A stretch of 64,000 nt of DNA from assembly GCA_951406725.2 (NCBI GenBank), contig OX597821.1, forward strand, positions 30,938,001 through 31,002,000, read 5' to 3'. A program made the translations under genes and the position numbers. Under the pieces are notes generated by a model that had not been told where the DNA came from, searched no databases, and saw only the letters and a list, made by a program, of their open reading frames with translations. The stretch comes from Octopus vulgaris. Its lineage: Eukaryota. Shown one piece after another: positions 1 to 12,250 of the stretch. Each line of letters opens with the position of its first letter. Within the stretch, counting starts at the first letter, position 1.

Positions 1-126
1 TTCAATTTTGCGGAATTACTTATTTTCAGGGACAGGTTGGAAAAAGTACCGATTCTGACGCGGTGAAGATAAAATCCATGTCCATACACATCCATACACA
101 CAGACATATACAGGCACACGTAAACA

Positions 127-127
<1 letters not shown>

Positions 128-191
<64 letters not shown>

Positions 192-200
192 GCACACACA
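128..200. repeat. (CA)n-(CG)n compound microsatellite
   Basis: Direct reading of CA run followed by CG run. Confidence 0.95.
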
Positions 201-847
201 TGTTTTCTGTAACATATAGTCTATATTTGATACTCATGTGTTATTGAGATTTACGTGGGGTAAGGCTTCTGCAGTTTGCATTGGAGTAATTTCTTGTAAC
301 AAAGATTGATATTTTTAATCTCTACGTTTTCAAAAGTGCCCTATATCATGTTATTAATAACATGCAATATGTAGCCTTATATGAAATTATGAGACTAAAA
401 ATGCAAGCATAAAAATTACATTACTGCCCAAAGCCGTTCCCATATATGTGTAAAGCAATAGATGCAAATTTTATATCGGTTGAACACAACGTATTTCAGA
501 CAATTGTGTAGTATTACCTGTGCACATCAAATTTGTTTTAACAAAAAAAAAAAAACAATAGACAAAACTACTAGAAATTGGTTTTTATAATATGTCAAAT
601 AATATGGCCAGAATATTGGTTACTGGGTATCTATCGTACATTTAGAGGTTTGTTTGTAGAACTTTGCAACTGGGGCTGGACGAAATTTGTCACATTCACA
701 CACATACACACACACACGCGCGCGCAAACACACACACACACAGAAACACATACATATATATATATATGTCTAATAAAATTAATGGAGAATTTAAACTGAC
801 ACATGTTAATTTATTAACCTAATATTATATTATTATTTATAATATAT

Positions 848-1238
848 GCGTAGGAGTGGCTGTGTGGTAAGTAGCTTGCTTACCAGCCACATGGTTCCGG
901 GTTCAGTTATACTGCGTGGCACCTTGGGTAAGTTTCTTCTAATATAGCCTCCCGGCGACCAAAGCCTTGTCAGTGGATTTGGTAGACGGAAACTGAAAGA
1001 AGCCCGTCGTATATATATGCATATGTGTGTTTGTTTATGTGTCTGTGTTTGTCCCCCCCCCCCCACAACATCGCTTGACAACCGATGCCGGTGTGTTTAC
1101 GTCCCTGTAACTTAGTGGTTCGGCAGAAGACACCGATAGAATAGGTACTAGGCTTACAAAGAATTTGCTCTACTAAAGGCGGTGCTCCAGCATGGCCACA
1201 GTCAAATGACTGAAACAAGTAAAAGAGAAATAAAAGAG
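848..1238 (+). mobile_element. tRNA-derived SINE type A, near full length
   Basis: Head gtggctgtgtggtaagtagcttgct...ggttccgggttcagt (A/B-box-like); tail ggcggtgctccagcatggccacagtcaaatgactgaaac + (taaaagag) repeats. Homologous copies at 2.7, 11.3, 12.8, 22.6 and 27.7 kb. Confidence 0.9.
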
Positions 1239-1665
1239 ATAACTATTAATAATTCCTACAATTATTTGATTTAAACTTAAAACTAGCATGATATGTATGA
1301 AAGCTATTTCATATTTGGGAAATATTATGAATAAAAATGTCATTAGGGTAAAAGGAGACAAAAATTACATAGAAGTTTGAAATCCTTAAACAGACTGAGT
1401 TAATGAATATATGATTATGCTTAAAGTGTGAGCGTCAAAAACATTAAAATAAAATCTAATATTACGATAAAATGCATGTGTGTATATTCAAGAATATTGA
1501 ATTAAGTATGTTTCTGCGTCTTAGTATTTTAAAACCGAAACAATTCGTAATGAATCTATGCTGAAACAGTAAAATACATCTCTTACACAAAAATTTACTC
1601 AGAAAAAAATATCCCTTATCCTCAATACGCCGATATTATAAATTATACTCGTATAATTTTTTTTT

Positions 1666-2006
1666 CAAACGTCACCATCAAAATGTAGGACCAGATACTG
1701 CAACAGCTTGGGTTTCAGTGGGTCACAGGTCTTCAACATCCTCCCTAACTGTCTGAGAGACTTGCATGGTGTGGATGCGGATTTCTTTAAAACTAAACTG
1801 GATCTCTTCTTGTCGGGGGTCCCAGATGAACCTACGTCTCGGCAGGAGACACGGATGCGGACAGCGGCATCGAACTCCCTTGTTGACCAAGTGCCACATA
1901 TCAGAGGTGGATTCACATACTAGTGTAGCTCATTCAGCGGTGGTTCCCCAACATGGCCCCAGCCTTCGGGCTGAAACATTTTTAAGGATTAAAGGATTAA
2001 GGATTT
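1666..2006 (+). mobile_element. 3' end of CR1/L2-group LINE (ORF2 C-terminus, 3'UTR, (taaggat)-like tail)
   Basis: Peptide CNSLGFSGSQVFNILPNCLRDLHGVDADFFKTKLDLFLSGVPDEP...AASNSL resembles CR1-group ORF2 ends; ends in short tandem repeats; 5' truncated. Confidence 0.8.
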
Positions 2007-2146
2007 ATACGAATGTGTACGTAAAATAATTCAATCAAAAGTTACGTATATTTGCTATGTCTATTATAAAGAAAATAAACTATAAGCTCATGTAAATTTA
2101 TGTGTTTGTATTTATGTGTATGCATCCATATGTTCCAAAAATAACA

Positions 2147-2549
2147 TCTTTATATATAAAAGTGAAGTTGTGTGAGTGTCTGTCTCCTACGATTTACATT
2201 CCTAACTACTCCCACATTTTGCGGTGCAGTGTGACCAAAACTGGGTATCTTATAGTCATGATTCATATCGAGCCCTTCTGGGTATTAGCGCGCGTCTACG
2301 ATGAGTCTACGATTTAAAAAAAAAATTTACCATCATTTTTTTCCATTCTTATGCATTTTTTCGCTATTATATAAGGGAGGTAACTCTCTAAAAATGTCTA
2401 CGATGAGTCAACGATTTAAAAAAAAAATTACCATAATTTTTTTTTCCCTTTTTAATGCATTTTTTGCTATTTTTTGGCTATAACTCTCTAAAAATGCTTA
2501 TATAGTTATTTCCCTTACAAACCCGAGCAACGCCGGGCGATACTGCTAG
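2147..2549 (+). mobile_element. Non-autonomous Helitron, both termini intact
   Basis: A|TC start (tctttatatataaaag), CTAG|T end, subterminal hairpin cccgagcaacgccggg (2522-2537), internal ~105 bp tandem duplication, no TSD. Confidence 0.85.
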
Positions 2550-2654
2550 TTATTATAATAAAAATGTTCTAAAAATCTTTAAAAACCCTTTATTTAATAG
2601 TTAGAAACTTATGGCAAATCTTTATAAAATAAACATGTACGTCATATTCTTATA

Positions 2655-2902
2655 TTCTCTTATTCGGTTCAGTCATTTGACTGTGGCCATGCTGGAGGAC
2701 TGCATTTAGTCGAACAAATATACCCCAGTACTTACTGTAATACTAATACTTATTCTATCGTTCTCTTTTGCCTAACCGCTAAGTTATGGTGACGTAAACA
2801 CACCAAAATCGGAACACACAAAAATTTGAACTCAGAACGTAACAGCAGACGAAATACGGCCACGTGTTTCGTCCGGCGTGCTAACGCTTTTGCCAGCTCG
2901 CC
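2655..2902 (-). mobile_element. Chimeric SINE (type-B head joined to type-A body and tail)
   Basis: About 2822-2902 matches the type-B head (ggcgagctggc...ctgagttcaaatt); about 2655-2815 matches the type-A 3' half; same strand. Confidence 0.7.
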
Positions 2903-2904
2903 AA

Positions 2905-3130
2905 GCGTGCACCTGTGAGGAAAAATCGTCAAATCACCATCCGTGAGGTATCAGAAGGTGTGCAGATTAGTTAGTGTTCAGTTCAGTTCATTATCACTGA
3001 GATTTGCTTATGAGACGCGTATCTCCGAAGTTTGTTCTAATACTGCTTCCCGCTGAGCAAAAGGACAGTTGAGTTTCAGTTAGACAAGATCTCTTTGATT
3101 GTGTCGAGAACGATAAAAACTGAAATCTGT
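2905..3130 (+). mobile_element. mariner transposase fragment (pseudogenised)
   Basis: Reads approximately NRQITIREVSE...DLLMRRVSPKFVLILLPAEQK...QDLFDCVEND, like the mariner HTH and WVP linker region. Confidence 0.65.
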
Positions 3131-3216
3131 GCGTAGGCCTCTGAGCAGGTATCGCCAAGCTTTTGCCAAAATTTGTCCAAATGTGTTTCGCTCTTCTTAC
3201 CTCTACATATGGCTCC

Positions 3217-3269
3217 ATATTCTGATGATGTCTACCACTACAACTGGTAAACAGAAAAATCGTAAATGT
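3217..3269 (+). ncRNA. Type-I hammerhead ribozyme motif, stem III degenerate
   Basis: atatt CTGATGA tgtctacca-loop-tggtaaaca GAAA aatc GTA aatgt: stems I and II pair and the core is intact. Confidence 0.65.
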
Positions 3270-3361
3270 ACTTTTATTACCACTTTATTAATTAATTAAA
3301 TTAATGGCTTACTATCGCAAACGACCAACTTCTTCCTGTTATTTTCCCACCATTTACTTCT

Positions 3362-3364
<3 letters not shown>

Positions 3365-3438
<74 letters not shown>

Positions 3439-3454
3439 TATACACGCGGATACA

Positions 3455-3528
<74 letters not shown>
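3365..3528. repeat. (TA)n/(CA)n compound microsatellite
   Basis: Direct reading. Confidence 0.95.
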
Positions 3529-3529
<1 letters not shown>

Positions 3530-3533
<4 letters not shown>

Positions 3534-4880
3534 GTCTATATATCCGTGAGATAAGAAATAAAAGATTTCTACGTAAGCTTATGAGGCCATGCATATGCCT
3601 TTTATGCATAATATTCATGCAATGCATATAATTGATATTCAGAGAAAAAAGAAACTCATACGTGTTGAAGTAGTGGGAAAGCAGTGAGTGCGTCATTTTG
3701 GATAACAATGATGTGCGTCTTTTTGTTTTGTTCTGTGAACGAAGCAAACAACTGCCTATATCTTTCTTTGAATGTGTGTCCCCTCCTCCCAATGTCGGTT
3801 GTTTTATTCGATAAAAATCCGTAAGGTTGGCCTTGTACACTCGCCCAATTTCCTGACTTTTTGCTGAGGAGGTGTCCGGCGATATACAGTTAGAGGGTCT
3901 TTGGAAGTTATTCCTTATGTTTTCATTATTAATGTGGTCGAATGTAATTGACGCTGTATTGGATAGGCAACAAGCATTGATCGTATTTCTATTTAACTTC
4001 TGCACTTGTATTCTTGTGAGGAAAGTTGTTATCTATGCATTTTAGGAAAATTCTGGCCATGCAAGTGGTTACATTGAAATTATAGAGAGGATTGTACCAT
4101 AATATTTTCCCCTGTCTGCGTTATCTAGGTTCAATATAATTTATGCTGAATCTTTTGATACGGCGTTGCAGTACAAGACAGCTTTTTGAACCTGAGTTGA
4201 TTAGCGGATATTTTGGAAACACGACTGCTGAAGCTATAAACTGACTGTGTTATGATCGACGATGGTTGGTTAGAGCCTATGTTCATATATGATGCATAAT
4301 CATATAGCTTATTGTAGGTTAGAAATCTGCTTGTAGTACGATTCATGTTGATGTGTAGGGAATAACCTGTTTAAGATTTTGTTGGCTATATATTTTGCAT
4401 CATGTTTTCGTACCGTATCCATAGCATATAAATCTTTGTTCTGTACACTCGAGGCACGTAGTTCTCACATAGCTCTATGCCAGCTTCTTTTATCTGTTTT
4501 ATAATAACATTTATGAGATGAAAACCAATTAAATCAGTTATTCCTGCATTACCATAGCTCTCTTTCACCCATTATGAAACATTATGAAAGAATAATTGCT
4601 TCCTTGCGATCATTATCATATATATGTCACTGCTGGCGATGGTTAGATATGATCTGCTAAACTCAATTACCTTTCGGAGCAGGTGCTTTGTTGATACAGT
4701 TTAAACATCCGTTCTGTCTTTCTCGTAGATTCAAGCAACTTATAATATGGGGTGTGCTTTCGAAGACTTTTGATTAACAGTTTACACTGAAACTTCATTC
4801 TTCTATTAACCCTGAAGTTGCCAATATGCTGAGACCAGATTTTCATTCTGTATATTAGTTTCCATATCAATTCTTAAATT
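3530..4880 (-). mobile_element. Degraded Penelope-like element ORF (RT, thumb, GIY-YIG; Neptune/Nematis-like)
   Basis: Decayed motifs in the expected order: YGNAGITDLIGFHLI (like YDGAEICDLVGLYLL), YMNIGSNQPSSII (like YINxxSNHPPSII), KLNRNTINACCLSN, NCIS...VYKA; many stops and frameshifts. Confidence 0.75.
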
Positions 4881-4929
4881 CAAATTCATGAGTGATGAAT
4901 CATGTTTCCTGTTATTTGTATGTGCTGTA

Positions 4930-4987
<58 letters not shown>

Positions 4988-5003
4988 AATATATATATAT
5001 ATG

Positions 5004-5065
<62 letters not shown>

Positions 5066-5068
<3 letters not shown>

Positions 5069-5492
5069 TTCGGTTCAAATCGCACGTGTCTCGAATGGGC
5101 TGGAGAATTTCTATTTTGGATATATTTGGGGTACTTAATTGTGCTCGTGGCTTAGTGATTGCTTCTTCCATGGGTATGAGTAAGTATTTCATTTATTCCT
5201 TTGCCGCATTTATCACTGACGAAGGGAAGGTTCTTAGGAACTAACTCTGAAATCAGGTCCGATATGGTAATAACGGAATTTTTTTAGAAATTTCCGTCGG
5301 TTTTCTTCGAAATACGTGCTTATAGTGATAAATTACATGGTTTTGACGATTAAGTCAATTTCGGCATATTTGGCATTAGAATTTGTTTCTTTTGCCCTTG
5401 TTTATAAGTTGTATATAAATTTAACCTTTAAATGTATTTTTTAATATGCTGGCCAATGATAAAAATATTTTTCGAAAAAGTTTTATCCTACA

Positions 5493-5495
<3 letters not shown>
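5066..5495. mobile_element. PLE-type terminal fragment inserted between (TA)n tracts
   Basis: TA tracts on both sides; colinear similarity to 61200-61680; carries an HHR. Confidence 0.7.
5208..5271 (+). ncRNA. Type-I hammerhead ribozyme motif
   Basis: ttatca CTGACGA aggg..gttc-ttag-gaac..ctct GAAA tc-aggtcc-g ATA tggtaa: three stems pair; AUA triplet. Confidence 0.75.
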
Positions 5496-5562
<67 letters not shown>

Positions 5563-6329
5563 GTACACATACATATATATATTCTATCATTTGCGTCTAT
5601 AAAAGAGATATTGTGAAGGCAGTGAACAGAAGCAAAAAGAAGAGGTGATTAAACAGGTAAAAATTGATGGAAGGATTAGGAACTAGGTGGGACTGTAGTT
5701 CTATGCGAGGAGTTAAGACAGGTATAATGGCATGTAGGACTCCATAACTGTGTTGTGGTGTACAAAATGAGGGTGGCTACATATGATTTTCTGGTGAATG
5801 TGTATCACTGTTGGCGCTTGTATGTATGGGATTATGGTGATCTGGTTTACTTGACAGTGATATTTGTGCATGTCTAATCATTAAAAGTGTGCGAGGAAAT
5901 CGTGGGATTAAGTAGGTTTTAATGGGCGGGATTGTGTGGTGAAATGTAAGACGTGAAGTATCAGTGTATAATAGATAGAAGTGTATGTACGGTTATGGGT
6001 GTCAGGTGCTCAAATATAAAAGAAACTTCTGAAACAAGAGAAGTAAAAGAGGAAAGAATAAAACACCAGAAAAGAAAGAAGATCTGAGAAAGAAGAAAGT
6101 AACTGAGTAAAGAGGGAGGCGCCAGAAGAGCGTACAAAATTCAACACAAAAACACAAAGAGTATAAACGAATGGAAGAGTAAAAGAAAATTTCTCAACAG
6201 AGAAAACACGAAAAATTTGAATTAATGGACAAAATATTTCAGAGAGAAAGAGAAGTGAAAGGAGAATAAGAGAAAAGTGTAAGAAAACTTGGAGAAAAAT
6301 CATAAAAATATATAAATAACTAAAATGCA

Positions 6330-6720
6330 ATGGCTGTTCAGAGTAGTGCTCAAGTGCAAATTCCGGCTATCCATATGATAGTGAGGAGCAGATGAAAAAT
6401 AAACAAAGAAGAGTTGCAGTTAGAAAGATTACCAATTGATCTGTAACTATGCAGCGGATAGCAAATCATTTATAACGGAAAAGGAGAAAAAGAGAAAGCC
6501 CTGAGAACCTTAAGATGCTGAGATTCCAAAATGGGGAATGTTTTCAATCTGCTGCGAAAGGAAAATTGACAAATCACAGAGTTGAGTGTGAATGTGTGGT
6601 TTTGAACAGATAGAACAATCAGGTAGTGGAAATATGACTTAGGGAAATGAAATCCTTTATAAAGAAGATCGAAGAGAAAGCGGTATAAGATACACAAGAA
6701 AGAAAATTTGGGTGCAACTA
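6330..6720 (+). mobile_element. Possible decayed L1/Tx1 ORF1-like fragment
   Basis: Purine-rich with weak resemblance only (VAVRKITN..RFQNGE..QVVE); a possibly related piece at about 6950-7260 on the minus strand. Confidence 0.25.
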
Positions 6721-7258
6721 GGTGCGTGTATATGTATGAAAATGAGTACGCGAGTGGTGTGCAAATATGGTCTGAAATACAGTTGTTAAGCAAAACGTAG
6801 CGGTCAGGGAGTATGAAAGTATGTGTGTGTGTGAAAGTTTGAGTGTGCAAGTGTGAACATGCGTTTGTATAAAAATAAAAGAGACGACTGAGTGTGCTTG
6901 CAAGTATATGCGAAAACGTAAGGAAGAAAAGATGGTGACCGAAATGCGATATGTACGTGTTCTTGTAGATACAAGTAGTACGCACCTCACTCCAGGTCCC
7001 GTGTCCAGAGTCCCACAATGCGCATCCTATTTACTTTGGACAACTACCCTATCGCCCTTCCAATAACAGTTCGACATTTTTCACTTCTTCCATCGATTAC
7101 AATAGGACGCTGCGATCTGATTTTGAGCGAACTATGTTTTCCATAGTTCATATTTTCCAAAGGTATGCCTCCTGTTTATACTCGAAAACTTGGCATTACC
7201 TATCTAGGCCCACCGACCTTATATATTAGGAATTCCATTCGTTGAAAATCCCAATAAC

Positions 7259-7318
<60 letters not shown>

Positions 7319-7394
7319 AATATTTTCACTGTAATGTTATCGATATTGCGCAAACACACATATGCGTTCTGGAAGTTTGGGGGATACTTTTACA

Positions 7395-7640
7395 GTCAGA
7401 ATTTTATCGATTATATTCCATAGTCATGTGAGATATTGGTGTAAATATTAATAACATCGAACGAAACCAACAATATCTCTTCATTAGTTGTTTTTCGTAG
7501 GGGCTTATGCATATCTAGATCGTATCTAAAGAAACCGTTGATGTATTTCAGCAAGGTTTTCAATAGGATGCCTAGTATGTTGTTTAGGCGGTGGATTTCA
7601 GATGCTGAGTCAGCTATAATGGCCTATAATGTGTTATAAC
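7395..7640 (-). mobile_element. Penelope-like reverse transcriptase fragment
   Basis: IIADSASEIHRLNNILGILLKTLLKYINGFFRYDLDM...LLVSFDVINIYTNISHDYGI matches PLE RT motifs (RPII; SFDVxxLYTNIP). Confidence 0.85.
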
Positions 7641-7759
7641 TTTAAATTTTCTGGCGCTAGGATATTTATGTATTTGCCTGCTGATTGTTTGCAGGTTCCG
7701 TTAATTATGTTGTTCTTGAGTAAAAAGCAACCCAACTCGCTGAATGTAAAAAGCTATGT

Positions 7760-8090
7760 AAAAACCAACCCAAATTGCAGAAAAGACTGCTGAAAAATGC
7801 AATGCCTTACACAACAACCACGAAACCAATGGTTAAAAATCTGGACGTCCAAACTGTGGAACATGCTCCAACCTACTACAAGGCGCGGCATTCCAATTCA
7901 GCCAAGGAGAGAGGTTCACAATAAAGACAAACTTCACTTGTGCATCCGAGTATTTAATTTATGCTATAACATGTCCAGGTCGTGGACACAACTATTTAGG
8001 ACACAAATGTATGCTACTTAGATGGAGAACCACACTACATAAGGAAGTGATCCTTTCCTAGAGTATAGACAAATAATTTTGAGTGAACAC
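7760..8090 (+). mobile_element. Penelope-like GIY-YIG endonuclease fragment
   Basis: GRPNCGTCSNL...FTCASEYLIYAITCPGRGHNYLG...LRWRTTLH...LSEH: Cys linker plus GIY-YIG motif. Confidence 0.85.
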
Positions 8091-8094
8091 AGAA

Positions 8095-9400
8095 CAGGGA
8101 TGGGTAACTTTTCGTCAACTAAGGCCGCATCATACCATTTTCAAGTTGGAGACAGCCGCATGATAAAACACATATGCATGAAATATTACTTACCCACTTT
8201 ACACTGAATTTTTTGCATTTCTTCTTAATTTTATTTGTCTTAGTATGAAAGTTTATTTTTCTTAGCATGATATTTTGGTTGTCTTGGTATGAAATTCAAG
8301 ACAATGTCGTGAACTTAAAACTAGAGAGACTGATGACCTGCCAGAATATTTCGAAACAAGTTGAGGTTCGTTTATATGATTCAATCGACGACCCAATTTT
8401 CATTAGGTAAAAGTTCAACGTAGAAATGCATCAGTGGTCGCCGTAGCAAAGGCCGAGTTAATGCAATATTGTCTATACATATGAGACTGGTGAATCAAAG
8501 CTAAAGAGGAGAAGGGCTGTGCCTTGTTTCAAGTCTATAAAATTTATTTCAATAATATATGGGGATGCAATTTCTCAGGAAACTACAAGTTAAAGACTTT
8601 CTTAATTTATTATGGGAAAAAAATTCAAGAGCATTTAGGAACATCTCCAAAACAAAGCATGACTACCAGGGTTATGGATATTATATACCAAGATCCGGGT
8701 GTCGGTCGACATATTGTAAGATTGGTTTTACAAATATTTAGTTCTAACAATAAAGAAGAGAAAAGATTCTTTTACACAACGCTTCTGACCAACAGCAAAC
8801 GTCGATGAGTGTCATTCTTATATTATTCTCGTATAAAAAATCTTCTGACTGGCTTCTCGACTGCAATATACAAAACAGTGTATTATGTCTATTTTCAGGT
8901 GTTGGAAAATGTACGATATTTTTAACACCAACACAGCATGATTGGGTGTATCAGAAAGCTGTAATAATGACGTTTGGAAGAAACAGTGTCCCCAGTATAA
9001 CAATAATAAGTGATTTGACATTTTGTTATGTAAATAAAGAATTGATGGCGTTCTGAAAAGAATCGAAAAAGGTGTTGACTAGGCGGAATTACACACATTA
9101 ATTGTTGCTGAGAAGCAACAGTTCGCATATTAAGATTTTATAGAGCTTCATGAAATGGAAGTGGAGTTGCAGTAGATGGAACCAGAATTTTATGCTTCTC
9201 CATCAACACAATGCTTTTGCGTGTATGGAGAAATCACTGGACATTTTCGAGTAGAGTCATCTTAACACTGAACGTTTTATTGTTTGTATAAGGACTCATT
9301 GTTATGGGGTTATCCTTAATGACAAGAATCATAAATCCATTCAAAACACATTAAACTAGGTCCTACTCCACATCGAAAGTCGATGGCTTGAATTGGAATC
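8095..9400 (+). mobile_element. Highly decayed hAT (Charlie/SPIN-like) transposon remnant
   Basis: Terminus cagggatgggtaac...ggccgcat typical of hAT ends; scattered peptides resembling KLQGKD and CxLHQ; fragmentary. Confidence 0.45.
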
Positions 9401-9725
9401 TCTCTCATCCTTGCTTGTACTCCAGTTTCCACTTACGTCCAATCAACAAGCTTCGTTCAAATTTTAGATTTCTTTTAAAATTCTTAACATTATCATTAAC
9501 ATTAATTAATTTTTACTCACATGTTAGAAGTAAAGGATTTTATAGCGACTGGACGTATTTCTTGAACGAATTTCAATAATATTGAAATTTACATATTTAT
9601 CGCATTACGTCATTTTTAGAGTTACGTCGCTAGTAGTGACACCAAAAACCGACGTAAGTTGAGTGAAGCTTGTATATATTGATATATGTGTGGGTGCGTG
9701 TGCGTGTGCGTGTATGAGTTTGAGT

Positions 9726-9756
<31 letters not shown>

Positions 9757-10223
9757 GTACACATGCACACATATGTATATCTATATGATGTATCTATATG
9801 ATGTATCTCAACATAAATATTATGAATAGTATATTTTGGGACTCATACCAATACGTCAAAATTTCGCTATCACTGCATGACATAATTTAGAAATGCCGAG
9901 ATTGTTTGAAAGAAAATAGTGAGATATAGCATCTAGTGCCTGGAACAGAAAGATAGACCGGTGTTACGGTGAGAGTAACCGTGACGTTACTCAGAACAGT
10001 TTGCGTACGCAAGTGTATGGGCACGGATACTCTCATAGAAAAGGACATATATTCACATGCACAAATGCGCGCTCATTCTCCTTGTTATACACATCCCTAT
10101 TGTATGGTGTGGGACATAGTTTGATTTAACTTTTATAAGCTTTATTTGTGTAGCTTGTCATGTTATAGTTTCCTGATTATACTTTGCAAGTTTTTTACGG
10201 TAATACTTAAATTATCATATACG

Positions 10224-10451
10224 TATTTCTTTATTACCCATAAGGGGCTAAACACAGAGGGGACAAACAAGGACAGACATAGGTATTAAGTCGATTACAT
10301 CGACACCAGTGCGTAACTGGTACTTAATTTATCGACCCCGGAAAGATGAAAGGCAAAGTCGACATCGGTGGAATTTGAACTCAGAACGTAACAGCAGACG
10401 AAATACCGCTAAGCATTTCGCCCGGCGTGCTAACGTTTCTCCCAGCTCGCC
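10224..10451 (-). mobile_element. SINE type B, full length
   Basis: Minus strand ggcgagctgg..gttagcacgccgggcgaaatgcttagcggt..gttctgagttcaaattcc..gtcgactttgcctttcatc..gtcgataaattaagtaccag..aataaagaaata; many copies in window. Confidence 0.9.
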
Positions 10452-10721
10452 ATATACCACAAGATAAATATATACACGGAAAAATGATTCCGTTATGATT
10501 TCACGAATTTATATCCTATTTAAACTTTCTTTCTTCTAGAAAACTTTTTTTTAAAAGTGGGGAAATAAAAAAAAGACGGTATCGTGTTTCTGTTAAATCC
10601 GAAGTATCGTTTCATATGGGAAACGATAACTACTCATTACCGAGAAAAGGCCTTAAATATCGTTTGAAGGAGGTCAAAATTAAGACCACCCTCATATTGG
10701 TGTGCTCACACTAATGTTCAT

Positions 10722-11066
10722 TTGTTTATTGTTGAGACCCCCTTTGGTTATGTCTCTGTCATGACTGGGATTGCACCTAGAACGTTACCCTCCGAGGCAC
10801 AAGCCCGGACAAGGTTGTTTATGGAAGACCAGCAGTCGTCGATGCATACCGGCTTCCACTCTCCACGCTACTAGTGTTATCCAAGGGAAAGGCAACAGCA
10901 GATACAGCTTGCATCTGTGACGTAGCAACTCATTTCTACAGCTGAGTGAATTGAAGCATCGTGAAATAAAGTGTCTTGTTCAAAAACACAACACGGAGCT
11001 CGGTCCGAGATTCGAACTCACAACCTCACGATCGTAAGCTCGACGCTTTAACCACTTAGCCGTGGT
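10722..11066 (-). mobile_element. SINE type C (tRNA head, CORE-like domain), tail 1
   Basis: Head gtggttaaagcgtcg..gagttcgaatc; CORE-like ttgaacaagacactttatttcac..cactcagctg; ends in an (aac)-rich tail. Confidence 0.8.
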
Positions 11067-11249
11067 CATTCTATATTCTTGGAAAGACCCAGTGATTCAA
11101 CAGCACAGCATTAAGGGTTATATTGTTGTTTCACGCGCAACGGAACAATAATATACCAAGGGTTTTATGATCTTGAAAAGTAAATTCAAATCCATGGCTC
11201 TAATTTGAATACCAGCAATAGAGTTGATTTTACGAATTATGTATAAATA

Positions 11250-11354
11250 CTTTCTCCTTTACTCTTTTACCTGTTTCAGTCATTTAACTGCGGCCATGCT
11301 GGAGACTGAACCCAGAACCATGTGGTTGGTTAGCAAGCTACTTACCACACAGCC
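11250..11354 (-). mobile_element. SINE type A with internal deletion (head fused to tail)
   Basis: Tail tttcagtcatttaactgcggccatgctggag joined directly to head actgaacccagaaccatgtgg...cacacagcc. Confidence 0.8.
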
Positions 11355-12037
11355 AAAATATTTTTTAATGATTCTAGCACAACCCGTTGTGTTAATGAAG
11401 TCATTATATTTTCTAGTGAGCCATAAACAATTGTTTCGATTGAAAGCCATTAGAAAGACTTTCAAGTAAGACATTCATCGTAGTACTATGATATACGAAG
11501 TTTATTGTTTTTGCAGACGTCTACAGCAAGACAATTATATCGTGTTTTAGAGTATAATATATAATTACACTAATAGAAAGATATTGTTATATTTCATATC
11601 TTATTTAATTCAATAATGATTTTCTATTTAATTTGACAGAACACAGTGAAAGTTATGTAAATGATTCACATTAATACAAATACAGTTAAGCAGAAATGTT
11701 GAAATTACTGCAAAATATATAATGGAATACATGAATGGCAAGGGGGCTAACGTATCGGAATATTTTCCTAGTATTTATTATACGTAACTTAATACCACTA
11801 ACCTGTGTAATATACAACTCATACACGCTGAATATTTAAGAAAGCAGTATACTTACTAGAACATATTTAGTATATTCTGTTGTAGAATCTAGCATAATAC
11901 ATTAAATGATTATATTCTTGTCAATAATATTCATTAGTTGAACGTGGTCATTTTTATAACTTCTATAATCATACTCGATGGGAACAATCTATATATCATC
12001 GGTACAACCTCTATTCTACTGACTGTCTTACGAATGA

Positions 12038-12250
12038 TAATCCTTTCTACTGAAGGCGCACGGCCTGAAATTTTGGGGCAGGGAACTAGTCGATTATATC
12101 GGCACTAGCACTAGTGTTTCTTAGATACTTAATTTACCGACCAAGAAATGATGAAAGGTAAGGTCCCTCATAGCAGAATTTGAACTGAGAACGTAAAGAC
12201 GGACGCTAAGCATTAAACCTGGCGTGCTAAGAATTCTGCCAGCTCGCCGC
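12038..12250 (-). mobile_element. SINE type B, diverged, alternative tail
   Basis: Matches type-B head and core; flanked by the imperfect direct repeat tcttacgaatgata / tcttatgaataata. Confidence 0.8.

Noticed and set aside
8325-8370. CTGATGA...GAAAC hammerhead-like string
   Set aside because: No pairing for stems I or II.
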